A stretch of 56,333 bases of DNA from positions 1 to 56,333 of the forward strand of contig RBZT01000504.1 of the NCBI GenBank assembly GCA_003693705.1, read 5' to 3'. Shown one piece after another: positions 28,101-40,711 of the stretch. Each line of letters begins with the position of its first letter. Positions within the stretch are counted from its first letter, which is position 1. Source of the DNA: Polymyxa betae A26-41 (Eukaryota; Protista; Endomyxa: Phytomyxea). The notes beneath the pieces were generated by a model that was not told the origin of the DNA, searched no databases, and saw only the letters and a list, made by a program, of their open reading frames with translations. A program made the translations under genes and the position numbers.

Positions 28101-31100
28101 TATGGTCTTGCAGCAACGATAGCAGTTTCGTCGCTCTGTTCCCTACTCGAGAGCGATAATTCGCCGACCACTTGTCAACCAGCATGGAGCACGTTATAAC
28201 TTTATCATTGAAGAAGACAACTGCGGATCTCGAAAGGAAAGAGGGTGATGCATCCTTTAGATCATCTGTCTCAAATACGAGCTTATAACAAGAAGATATT
28301 CTTAGCCTCTCACCGTTCGATAAGCACCTGCATAACAAGCAATCAGTTAAAGCACCAATCCAATGTTGATCTTACAAAAATTGATTGTCATCCAAGACAT
28401 TCCTCAACGGGTGTGTCCAGACGGTGTTAAGTGGACCATCAAAAGTAATCCAGGATTGGACATTAGGTGGAGGGGGATCTCGGATGAGCCTCGAGAACAC
28501 ACCGTCGAACCATTGCTTATTATTGAAACTGCCATAAAGTTGACTAGTGGTAAGAGCAATCGGATGGATGACGTTCCGAATAACGGATTTCCAGTGATTG
28601 TCTTTTGGTTCTTGCTGAAAATAAGAGGTAAGCGCATTTGCAAGGATTCCAGTTGCCCATGTTTTTCCGCTGCCTGGAGCGCCCAAAAGAACAACAGCCT
28701 GATTGAACTTTATGGATTCGTGCAATCGCAGTATCTGGTTGACGAGTACGGGAGACGCGGAGAACGACTGTGCCGTGATTGCTGCAGCAATTGCGTTTGT
28801 TAAAGTAGTCGACGTGACTATTGCGGTGGAGTTATTTGTTGTGGAAGCCGATGGGAAGTGCATTGCAATGCATGAATCGAGTACGGCAATATCATCTCCA
28901 AGAAGCTTGCCACTGAAAAACTTTCGAATGGCTCTTATGATACAGTGCTCTTCCGATATATTAAGATCAGAGCGATGGTAAGTGCCGGCAATGAAAGAAA
29001 TAGATTTAACAGAATTCGCCGAAATGGGATTAGTTCTGTCTTTGGGAAGGCTTTTGCCAAATTCAGTTAATAAAGCAAACATGGTTGGTGATAGCTGTTC
29101 CACGTTAGTGAACCCTTCGGAAAACAGTCTTAGTTTCAGCACGAAGCTCATATCTATTGACATCATCGCAATTGGTCGGAACAAAAGCTTCAGATTCTCA
29201 GGAATCACAGACTGATCCCCGGAATCCATAGTTAAGAACAGGCCAATGTTTGAGTTCAATGAAATAACACGACCCTCAAACAGAAATTCTGGACGACCAA
29301 CCATTAAAGCTTGACGAATGGTTAGCATTTGCTGAGCAACCGCCGACAGAACTTCGGATCTAATGCAAGCGATCGTATCAAAGCACGCCCAGACACCAGC
29401 CTGCGCTAATCCAGCCAATATTTGGCTGAAAATCGGTAAGTCGAACGACTTGTCACTGCTCACAACTAGACAGGACATGCCCAGATATCTTGCCAGATCC
29501 TTAATCGACTCCGTTTTACCAGATGTCGTTGCCGACATCACCGCACCACCATATCGCCAGAAAGTCGCTGTCGCCAGAGCCCGCTGGCATCGAATTGTGG
29601 CCTCTGTGGGTACCAGGGTGTGATACGCCCCTAGATACTCATACCCATACCTGTTGCAGATTCAGGAAATGAAATAAGCAGCAGCATATGAGTACCTGAA
29701 TGAGCATTGATCAATATAAACGTTACAATGGCCATCTGCCGAATCCCATTGATAACGTAGCCGACAGGGCCATGTCATGGTCAGGAGGTCGCGCGAAAGT
29801 CCCAAAAGATCACGCTGAGCAACATTGGCAATGATGAGTGCTGATAGGGTAAGGCGCTGCGTCATTGTCCTCTGCCCGTTACGAACCAGTTCGGCGTAAC
29901 GTTCGATTTGGGCGTTGGTCTGTGAGAGCAACGACCCGATGGAGTCCCGGCCGCCGTTCAGTGCCGCCTGAATCAAACCGGTGGCCACGATTTTTTCAAC
30001 GGTGGTAGCGATCTGAGTCAATTGTTTTAATGCCCTATACAGATACTAAGACCAGCTAACAGAGAAAGAATCAGGGCGATTACCCTGTATCCCATCCGAT
30101 AGAATTTTTCGGGAAAACATCAAGCCCTCGGCGAATATGATCGCGAATAGTTCGTTTCATTCCTTTTTCGATCAACAGGAGCCAATCTTCAAGATTTCCG
30201 CTTATGGAAACGGGCTGTTCGAGATTGATGTAGTCCCCTTCCAGAGTCGTGACGCCAATTGCTTGCAGAGCGTCATTTGCATGGACAAAACGAATGTCTC
30301 GAATGGTATCAAATATCGCAGTAAGATGAGGCTGAATATCACCAGGTTGGCGCGTCTCGGAAATAACTTTTAATAACTGATTATCTGACAGGAAATACAG
30401 CCGAGGAAATTTCGACCGCTTGGTTTCTAGATATCTGCAAGGAGTAGTAAGCCCACGATAGCCACACAAATAAGAAGCCGTACTGAGTTAAACATTTCTT
30501 GAGCGATTCTAAGTCACGATTGGCAGCGGAAAGAATGTTGAAAATCCCAGGAGTAGAAATGACACCAAGAGCGTTGGGTTTGCGATGCAACCGACGCATA
30601 AAATCACGCCAGATGCGATCGACATCGGCGAATCGTTTGGTTTCGGTTGGCAGCTGCTTGCCAATATCTGGGGCGCCAAATATTGACTCGAGATATGACC
30701 AGGTTTTCTGAACCAATTTCCAAACTTCTATAACGTCATTCAGAAGACTTAGACGTTTGATCCATTCGTCAACATCCGTGTAAAATGACGAGATGAACCT
30801 GATTGTCCGATTTTAGCATTCAAAATCAGAAGAACGGCAATTTACCGGGAGGAAAGCATCGTTTGTAGAGTCATCTGACTATCCTCAAGATGGTTGAGAA
30901 CAGACTCAATATCGCCCAGAACAAAAACATCGCTTGAGTCTCGATAGGTGATCAGAGGGAAGTCCAAATTATCCCATAAGCTCTTAACATTCGATAAAGC
31001 CGACTGTAAAGAAAACTCACCTACAGCCTGCCAAAAGGTTCATATACGTCATGCAAGCAACGGCGAAGTCACCCATATCTAACTGACCTGGGCAACAGTA

Positions 31101-33960
31101 TCGGCAATTAGCTCGGTATGAGGCAACAGATTGATAGTTCGAATTTGATGCAAATCGAGGTTTTCAATGGGTTCGTATGGCTGACCGATAAAAGCGAACA
31201 TAGTTTCCCAGTGTTTTGACCTCAACGATCGATTTGCCAAATTCAGAAGCATAGGCATGGTCGATTTCCAATCATCCACCAGATCGCGAATCATGGTCGT
31301 CAGAGATGACGATTCTCGTCTAACTAAACGGTTAATCTCCTTCGAATAAGCCGATACAAGAGAATTCATTTGCTCGATATCTATGCTTAAAAACGAACCT
31401 GAAAAACGTTACAGAGAAAAGGGTTTGGCATAGTCGTAGCCTTACTGGATTCCCATTCCGCTGTTTTGACGATCCAGTCCTGGTACAGGGTCCAGAAATC
31501 CTTCCTCAAGGTGAACTTGTCCCGGACCTCCTGAAGCTGAGTGAAAGGATACGGGTCTATATCAAAGGTCGTCTGATATTTGTTAAGGGTCGAAGCGCTT
31601 TCTTGGATGGTCTGGAGCGCATTGCCAATATTCGTTAATTCGGTCAAGACAATTTCGGGCATCGCGTGGACATCAACAAACATTCCTGAAATGTTCGATC
31701 TCAGAACAACAATCTTATAAATGATTGATAGCACTATACCCTGGGACAGCGCTTGGTCAAGAGCATGTAAATCGAGATTTAATCGCGATATATTCTGGTC
31801 GACTTGCTCTCTCATATCAGGTAGACGAGTTCTCGACTTCTCCCACTCGATCGTCATTTTTTCAGCCAGCAACTTCTTAGCGCTGCGCAACTCATCTAGC
31901 AACACAGCGTCTTGCGATGGAAGGACGAGTTTATGAGTAGAGCTAGTTAGGAGATCGTGCATCAATTCGACTTGATCGCTCAGATGTGTAAGCGATGGCA
32001 TTTCAGATCGGAACTTCTTCTGACTGGAGATATGATTGGCGAAGTCGCTTAATGTATCTGGATTGCGATCAAGGGCGCCAATGCATTGTGTGTATTGACG
32101 CAACGCTTCCTACGAGTTTAATGATCAGTGAGAGCAATTGCCAGTTAAGTCAAACCGACCTCGCATCTCGTATGGAAAGATTCTAAAAGCAGCTCCTCCA
32201 TTTCGATAATAGACTGGTCCAGAATAGGTAATAGCCTGTTCTTCAATTTTCTGCTTTCAATGTGAAAAATGCCAACGGCGAAACCGGGCCTCATGTTTCG
32301 GTCGACATCGCTATGCCAAGCCGCTTGTCGCGCCATCAGCTTCTGGATCTCCTCCACAGAAGGATTCCTGGCTCGAAACTGCTTAATGTTCCAAGTCCCG
32401 CCGAACTCGTGGACTTCTCTCCATTGCTCGAATACCTGAGCGATGCTGACCGTTTGCAGGAAGTCATGTCGCACTCGTTCGGCGATAGCGGCGCATGTGC
32501 TGACAAACTGGCTCGAGCCACGAATAATCTGGGCTACGTTGGGTTCGTTCGGCGACGCCAGGCCAGATTTTACGATGTTCTTGAAGTTGTTTAGCAGCGA
32601 TATCCTAGGAACGGCTTCAACTGTAGCAATCATTCCGTCTACCATTTTCTGAATGATGCTGCTGATATCGCTATCGCTAATGCCATATAAAAGTCCTTCA
32701 GGTCCATATGCGATGGTGGTTTGAAACAGACCGGCCTTCCTTGGTGTCTGCAAAACCTCTAAGAATTCCGAATTCGTGGACAGTGTCAAGGCAACGAGAT
32801 TCTCAACGGCCATATAGTCGACAAGCCGGATGAAGTCGCATAGCATATCGGCTTCTCTGTTGGCGAACCGCATCTGACGAAACCGTTGAGCACGTTCCTC
32901 TTTAATCTTGACCAGAGACAGAGTTTTCTGCTGGTGCGGAAACATTGTTGCCATAATGGTTTTCGAGTCTCCATTCACGAATCCTTCACTGGAAACGCGA
33001 GCCCTTTCTTTCAGTTCGGTACAAACCGCATCAACAGTTGACTGAAGACGGTCCAGTATTTCGTCGAATTTTTTCCCTGCCCGTAGGCGCTGTTCGGTTT
33101 GGTCTTTAACAAATTCTTTGGCGAGGTACGTCTGAGATTTGACATTGAGCAGCCGTATTGCCTGCATCTCATACATTAGCTTGTTGATTTCAATTAACTG
33201 CAGATGGAAAGACGGTTTTCCCAGAAACAAATTGGCAGCGAGCGCCTTTCGCCTTTTGTAATAAATGCTATAGCGAACGTTGCTGCACCAAAGCCTAAAC
33301 GTCTTTGCTGGGAGGTAGTGCTTGAAAAACCGAATTGAGCGCAGAACGTTGAAGTTTGTAGATTCCCGAATCCAATCGACAAGGGGCATAAAAGTGGTAG
33401 GCTGGCCTGGGCAGATATGGACAATACCTGTAGCTGATACAGTGAAATACTCGGGATCGGTTTTCTTCTTCGGCACCACGACCAGATCGTATGGTCGGAA
33501 AGCATCTCCTTGCTCTGAAACGCGATTGCAATACACGAATTTAATGGACGATGAGCTGCCATGCAAGGCGAAAAAAGCCACAGCTTCAGCCCCAGTTCGC
33601 AAGCGAGCGGCCGAGGGCTGTATCGTGCTAATAATGGCATCTTCACGTTCTTGCTCTCCGCTCAGAAATATCTGGCGCAAAATTGGGAGATGCAGAGGCA
33701 TGTGCTGCCGGTTGGAGCGCCATCCCTCTTCAGGCGGTTCCGGGTCTGGCGCCGGCGACGATAAAGCCAGGCGAGGAATACGCCGAGGGACTTTACGTGC
33801 CGGAGCCGGCAGCGGCGTCACATCAGGAATGTCGAATGGCCGACGCTCCTAAACAATGGCATTAGACAATGAGATCACGACTACAAGCCACAGTTACCGA
33901 ATCGGAATTTTGCTTTGGCCTTTTCGACCCCATCGCCCCTGGGGTGGCATTCAGAGGCAT
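22195..33960 (-). CDS. Axonemal-type dynein heavy chain (DNAH6-like N-terminus) with degenerate AAA1 and no C-terminal domain
   Basis: About 13 introns; RPYDLVVV N-terminal motif, WSYLESIF, FPRLYFLSD linker, AAA1-4, stalk and MTBD (NPPKLVELVM...SLCQWV), RWPLLIDPQEQG, WVLIQNCHLA, INYGARV; stop soon after the AAA6 lid. Confidence 0.92.
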
Positions 33961-33973
33961 TTCAACGGCCTAG

Positions 33974-34490
33974 ATGGGCCAATGTCGGTCCTTCCTGGCT
34001 CTTGTTCTTGTCTGTACTGTGACTGATTGTGGTGATATTCATTTCATGCCGAAAAATGGACATGACGACAGCAGCAGCTATTCTTACCACAATTGGCGAA
34101 ATCTTATTGAAATCGAGGTTTTGGGGCGTCTATTTATAGTCACAGAACGATGTTGTTGATTTCCATTCATTACTGCAAACAGGAGTGATAACTTTTGAGC
34201 CGTTTTATCGACACAAATGAAGCTTGTTTGGCAAAGGCATGAAACTCAAGCTTGCAGCTTCAGTTCTTTGCACATTTTTGAGAAGGATGTCGAAAAATAC
34301 ATGGGATGTTGCTTGGTTAATCGTTATCCAGTTATCCTGGCGTTCAATTTGTAGAAGTACAAAAATTCATGTTTCAAAAGAGCGCCTGCAAGGTCTTAGG
34401 TAGCCTCATGTTTTGTGTACAATCCCTCTGATATCCGATACTAAGACCAATCAATCGGTTATCAATGGAAATTGGATATCGTCAAATAAT
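33974..34490 (+). pseudogene. Decayed secreted-type ankyrin-repeat gene
   Basis: Signal-peptide-like MGQCRSFLALVLVCTV, IHFMPKNGHDD (~34037), frameshifted ING.LDIVK (34461-34486). Confidence 0.4.
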
Positions 34491-35196
34491 GCAGGCGCTA
34501 GGTCTTAGACTTGTGTGATCTACCGATCTTTCTCAAGAGAACTATTCAAGAAGTCTGTATTTTTTAATATTCCTTTAGAACAGAGCACCAGGAGCCAGGA
34601 TGCTCATTACCAATCATTCAGAATATGTCCAGGATCAATCATTAACGGGTAGATTCGTCTATAAACGATTTCGTACACTAACCTCCCCCAATTTAAGTTT
34701 TTGACAGAAGGGAGATTTCTGTGATAAATACGATGACGATATACTCCAGGCCTTTTGATTTTGTTGTAATCTATCACTGTAATAGTTACCAATTAACGAA
34801 AATAAGTTGGAAATTTACCAAAGATAAAAGTTATTAATAAATACAGTTTAGGACTTTAGGCTGGCAAAAATTCTGATAAAACTTAATATGAACCGCTTGA
34901 TTCGCGGTTTTAGCGAAAACCGACATTTGTTTTAGAAAGATGTTGTACTGAAAGTTGCTTTCGAACGAGCGGGAGGTCTTCACGATAGTTTCTATGTGTG
35001 ACCTCTATCCAAATCGTTTTGACACACACAGCGGCTTCATGAGAAACGAATGTCCACTTTGAAAAAACCGGTTGGATGATTTGTTATTCGAATCAACTGT
35101 ATTAGGCTTGTAACGATAGACATAGATTGATGTGGTGGCATGCGATCTGTAAGGCGAAGTCCATCAGAAAACAGGCGCTGAGTGATTGCAGGATGG

Positions 35197-36133
35197 TCAT
35201 AAAGTCAAGTGCATCGGCTTCCCTTTGGTATTTTCGCCCTTGTTAGTTTCATTATGAGCAGTCCATTCCATAGGCAGCTTGATCGAAGGCTCGATATCTT
35301 CAAGAATTGCTTTTTTAATAGCTCTGCCCAGAGCTAGAATTTTTTCCCTGTTATCCGAACTTGAAAAAATCAGACAGCCGGACCATGATGGATAGTTATC
35401 ATATACCTTCTATTCCAAATAGCGATTCGATCAGTAGCCCGACGACGAGAAACAACAGCACCGCAGATCTGAATTTTAAGACGCTGCAATCAACAATACC
35501 CAGCATTACATACCTCATTTCCGCTGGGGTCTATTGTCTCTCCGATTATTCCAAAGACGAGGTTCTCCCACACCTTATCGAGTTGCGATCGGTCATGCTT
35601 GACATAAACAATCTACAAGCTTTTACAAATGCTATGTGATAATGAAAATCAGGGACATTACCCTATAAGAGCATCCATTAGTCAGAAGATGAAGCTATTC
35701 AGAAAATAAGCCTCGTTTTACCATTTTCCGCCATTTTCGTTATTAGGGTCCTCCCACATTGGCTGGATGCCTTTCTTAAACAGATGATAATTGCTTTTAT
35801 AATCAAGGCAGCTTGGCAAAATGCAATGCCTGTGATATCTGAAAGCAAACGACGTTAGTTCCGATAAAAGCAAAGACTTTCTAGAGAGAACGAGACGCTG
35901 CAAACGCAAAACATTTTGTTAAGCGTGCAAACAGAAGTGCCTGACCTCCAGAACATTTCAATAGTGTCGAATGAGCCGACTCTTTGCAAATGCGATTTCC
36001 AATCATCGGCGTTACCGGCAGGAGCGCCAGCCGGAGTCTGATAGAACCATAACGTCCATGGCGACTGTAATGGATGTAAGCCAGCGCCTGGGTCGAGATC
36101 GGCTGATGCCAGGATGGGCTCGTCCCCGGCCAT
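35197..36133 (-). CDS. EIF4E: Eukaryotic translation initiation factor 4E family protein (includes 1-nt exon at 35662)
   Basis: HPLQSPWTLWF, FDTIEMFW, YHLFKKGIQPMWEDP.N.NGGKW, WENLVFGIIGE, ICGAVVS, DRIAIW. Confidence 0.95.
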
Positions 36134-36382
36134 TGGCGAGAATAACACGAATAACACGGTATAACAACCGCGGATGGAGGGACAGAATATTTAACAAGAC
36201 AGGTGAATGGAAAGTTGTTAAGGCACCACTTGACCCCAGATTAAGCAGTATTTAATCAAACTGTTAATAATAAGATGAAAGTCAAAGCTCAATACTTCAG
36301 CCAATAAACGAATAAAGTGTTACCACTACAAAGATCGGAACACTCTGATTACAGAACAATCAATGGATATTTGCCAGGAGTT

Positions 36383-39300
36383 TTATCTACCAATTTGGTT
36401 TATTATCGCGTCGTTAATACTGGCAAACGCTTCCACGATCCTGTTGATTTCGTGAACGCGTTCATTATTTACTTCAGAATCAGTCGCAGGTGCTAGTGAT
36501 ACGTATCCTAACAGAGAACGACTAAACCGTAGCGAATCAGAAGTTAATGTGCCAATAGCCGCTATCGATCGATTCTTAACAGCGTCCATTAACTCTGATT
36601 GATTGATGATGTTTGGTTCTAGCCAGGCAAGTGCTGCCTCCGGTATGTCAGATGATATAGCCTTTGCTTGGGTACTCATTAACCTATGCTGATAAGTTGG
36701 TAAAAAAAACACCAGGTAAAAACCAACGTACTTGCTTCGAGAACTCGATGCTTTTCGTAGAGATACGGCGACCTCTACCAGAAGCAGATGGAGTCTTTGA
36801 GTGAGCTCAGCAGCTAAAGCGGGAATATAAACCTGCCGAGACTCCAGGTACGAAATCACTTTCGGATGCGCTGGAGATTTGGTCATCAATCGGAATATTA
36901 AAGTCCTCATGACAGATTCGTAAACGTTGAGATCACTGGCAAGCTGCAGCAATTCCGAAGAGTCACTGGAATCAGAATAGGCTTTGAGAATAAAGTCCCT
37001 CCTGGCAATCTGAAAGGTTTTACTGTTTCGAATTTGGAAGTGGAATAACAAGACTCACTTTAGCAGCTTGACTTGTGATTGAAAGATTGATAGGTTTGGA
37101 CAGAGCAGATCCTGGAAACAGTAACCCTAATTCTGAAATAAACGAAGGTGAAGCCAGGCGGGCGCATCGGAATAGAATGCAGAATGTTCGAACTTCTTGC
37201 AGAGTGACATTACATACCGAGTCCTGGAATTAATTGAACGGACAATAAAAGGAGCACAAAATAACCTCTTGACCTTATCAGATATCAATTGAAGAAGCAT
37301 ATCTCCTAGAGCGAGTGCATCGTCCCAGTTATACAGGAGATTAGTAGGCTTCGCCACCTCAGATGATGTGAAGCATAAAGAAAACAATTGTTCAACGACA
37401 GTCCTCCAAATGCTGCAACAAATCGATAGACTGTAAGAATTCTCAGGGATAGTAAGGGATAAAAATCGAATGCAGCCAGCGAGGTCGTTGCGTTGAGTGA
37501 ATAACGCCTTAGCGCATTGCAAAAAGACACTCTAATTTAACGTTCAGAAAAAGGGATCTTCAAGCTGATTTTCTGATCGCATACCGATTCGTCAATGTGT
37601 CCTGGAAATTCAGCAATACATTGTGATACGACAGAGCTCCAGTCTGAATCAGAGAAGTGCTCCGGTGCGACATTAATACGGGCTGCCAAAACGAAACCCA
37701 AATACGAGTTCAGACAGCCAATGGAGGTCTCATTAACATCTGCAAACTTGACAGCAACTGGGAATACAGAAGACGCTCTCAGAATACATTGCACTTTAGC
37801 GATATCGGATAGCTGAGAAGCAATTGGAGCAAAACGAGATCCCATCGTCTCGTTGGATTTCAGACTCTCCGAAAGCTTTAAGGCGCGTTCGATGTCGGAA
37901 GACTCTGCGATCGACTGGAAACATGATTGCTCAGTAGCGAATAGGTTCGTAGCGCTGACGGAAGGAGCATTCCAGTACCACATCAAAAAACATTCCTGAA
38001 CAATATCAGTGAAATTAATAGCGAGATTATCGAAAATTCATACAGAAAGGCGAGATTCCTGTATCTTTGTGGATTTTACGAACGTGGTGACTGCTTCGAA
38101 CAGCCCCAAGTTTAATGGATCAAACACAGCTCGCGCCAACTCCATCTCACATGGTAGATCGCGGACAACGAAGAGGAATATGTTCACGAACGGCAGCATC
38201 GAGTTAAAGTCTGAGTCTAGCAGTACAGCGCCGAATTTGATATAGGCATTCAACAGAGAGTAGGCGAGACCTAATCCATCAACAGACATCTTATCCTGAC
38301 CAAGCAGCAAGGACAAAGCAGCCGAAACGCATTCATACCGCTTCAGCTCATTTCTTGTCGAAAGCGGTTGGCAAAGCGTGGCATGTATAATAGAATCAAT
38401 TGTAGCACTTTTGTCAACACGGAATATTCGCTCAAAAGCGGCAGCAATCTGTTCCTGGCTTTCGCTGCTTTGTACGGCTGCTTTCGCCTGACGCCACAAT
38501 GTATCAAAGTTGACGTCAAGAGACACACGATGGAGTGCGACGTTGTCGGATGCAAGCAGAAGAGGTCCATCCATATGACGGTGGCGTAAGCAATGCCCTT
38601 TTCCGATCTTTTTGGCGGTAACCCGTTTTCCAAACGGGAGCTCCCAAAGCTCAAGAATCTCGAGGTTGGACAAATATATAAGTAGCATCAAAGGGGCAGT
38701 CTTATCTTCATCTATACGATATCAAGGATAAGCCTGAAACTAACCGAACCGAACCTTTTAAGAAAGCAACCTGTGCATCTCGATATCCTTTCCAAATTCG
38801 AATAAACAAAAATTGCCTCAGGTCAAGCAACAGAATACGGCCAAGATTGTCGACACAAGCAGCCCATTGCTGCGAACCATCAGTCAATATTGACTGAATT
38901 ATGCGATTCGGAACGTCTCCGATTGTCGCGAGAGGATTGATCGTATAAGTGGAGGCGCGTTCTACGAGGCTCTTCGTAGGTTGTGGTATCAAGTTACCAC
39001 TATCGGTATTCTCTAACAAGGGTAGCTTAACAAAAATATGATAAAAGTTAACATGTATTGCCAAGATTGACTGACCGCTAGGAGAGTCATCTGTGTTGTC
39101 GATCAGAATTTTCTTTCCGAATGCGAAGAAACTCGAAGCGATTTTACGAGCGGCATCAACACCTTGCCTCACAGTAGCTGCAATGATTTCGTTTGCCGGT
39201 CGCTGACGATTGCATTCTGCGAGCGCGATCATGTTAAACGAGGGCGAACCGACGGTGATGAACTGGAATTTATGTGAATCGGCATTCAGCAGACGCCCGA

Positions 39301-40075
39301 TGCCAAAAGGAGTATCTGTAAAATTTTCAATATAGAAAGACGATCCTTAGGGGATCAGCGATACCACAAAAGACGACATCCATTACGCTGCTCTGCCCGG
39401 CAACTGAGAATTTATGAAATTGCAGATAGCGCAGAGGGTCATCTTCAGGTTCATCTTCGCTAAGATCGTAGTCGACATGCCGATTACAAATCTCGGTGAA
39501 GGACGGGCCGTCCAAGAAAACCAGACGATCTTGATACCGCACAACGATGTCAGGGCTAATGTTGTTTGCTTAAACGAATGGCTAGATTTGCAGCTGCCCT
39601 TACCGGTCGAGATTTGGCTGTTGAGAGCGGCAGCGGAAATCCAGCACCCGATCTCGATGCAGCACATGGCAGAACAGCAACGTGCGATCCTGAACGACAT
39701 TTGTAACCAGGTGGGAAGGCAACTATGGGGATTACGCTGTCTAGAACAGCAACGATCCCGTTGTCAAACCCCAGCACGACACGCCATGAATGGGCATAGT
39801 CAAGAGCGACCAGAGCCGACACCGAATCCCTGGAAATGTTATTGATACATTATAAATCCCATCAATGTGAGGCATTACCCGGCCGTAAGGACTGGTACGA
39901 GAGCGCCTAGATCAGGCCAGGTCGCATCGTGGTTACTAAAGGTGAGGGCTAATGACAACGGCCCCGTGGCAGCAATTGTGATGCTGCCGGAGTTGGATCT
40001 TGACCAGAGTGTGATGGACTTCGACCAGGCCGGCTTCAGGATCGGCTCCAGGAGAAGGCGGCCCCGGACCCCCAT
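36383..40075 (-). CDS. RAB3GAP2: Rab3 GTPase-activating protein non-catalytic subunit (multi-exon)
   Basis: AACVDNLGRILLLD...IRIWKGYRDAQ signature; LELWEL..GKRV; exons joined by GT-AG introns. Confidence 0.85.
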
Positions 40076-40119
40076 TTAGAATCTGTATATGAGAACAGGA
40101 CCGAGCAACATTGAAAGTG

Positions 40120-40410
40120 ATATGGATGTGGCTGCGCCTGATGGATGTCTTTTGAATATTCAAAAAATGGATTGCCATTCTAGGCCCTCAGTGGATGGAG
40201 AGACATATGATTATGAAACCCCAACATTGTTGATCTGCTCGACCACATTTGCTTACTTCGGAATAGTTAGTATGTGCCATGAAAGCCGTTCGCTGAATAT
40301 CAGTTTCAATGTTACATCATGAAATTCAGAACGTTGCCTTTGATCCCTAATAGACTTCAGAAATTCCTGGCAAAGACGATTATGGAGCGGAGGACTTGAA
40401 CATCGTGCCT
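40120..40410 (+). pseudogene. Possible ankyrin-repeat relic
   Basis: MDVAAPDGCL, DGET...FGIV, KDDYG fragments. Confidence 0.2.
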
Positions 40411-40711
40411 ATTGGTCGTACAATACTTTTCTCCATTGTTTTCATCGCAGTCTATAAGAATCCCGCTCTAGTTATTGACTAACAGACATAATAAGGGAAA
40501 CGAGATTTCAATAAAGAACGAAATTCTAAGATTATATTTGTATAATAACACATTGTAAGTGATTTATAGTGTCCATTGCAGTGACGAAGAGAATCTGAGG
40601 TCGCAACGTGCAGCGAAATTTTTTTTGGCTGTTAAGAGCGCGGTCACCAACGGCCGGCCTCGACTCCGTGGCGGCGAGATTCGTCGATCGCCATCCCAGG
40701 GCGAGACAGAG

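Noticed and set aside
25352-33852. Many 60-180 aa antisense or alternate-frame ORFs overlapping dynein and other genes
   Set aside because: Shadow ORFs of real coding exons with no recognisable motifs.
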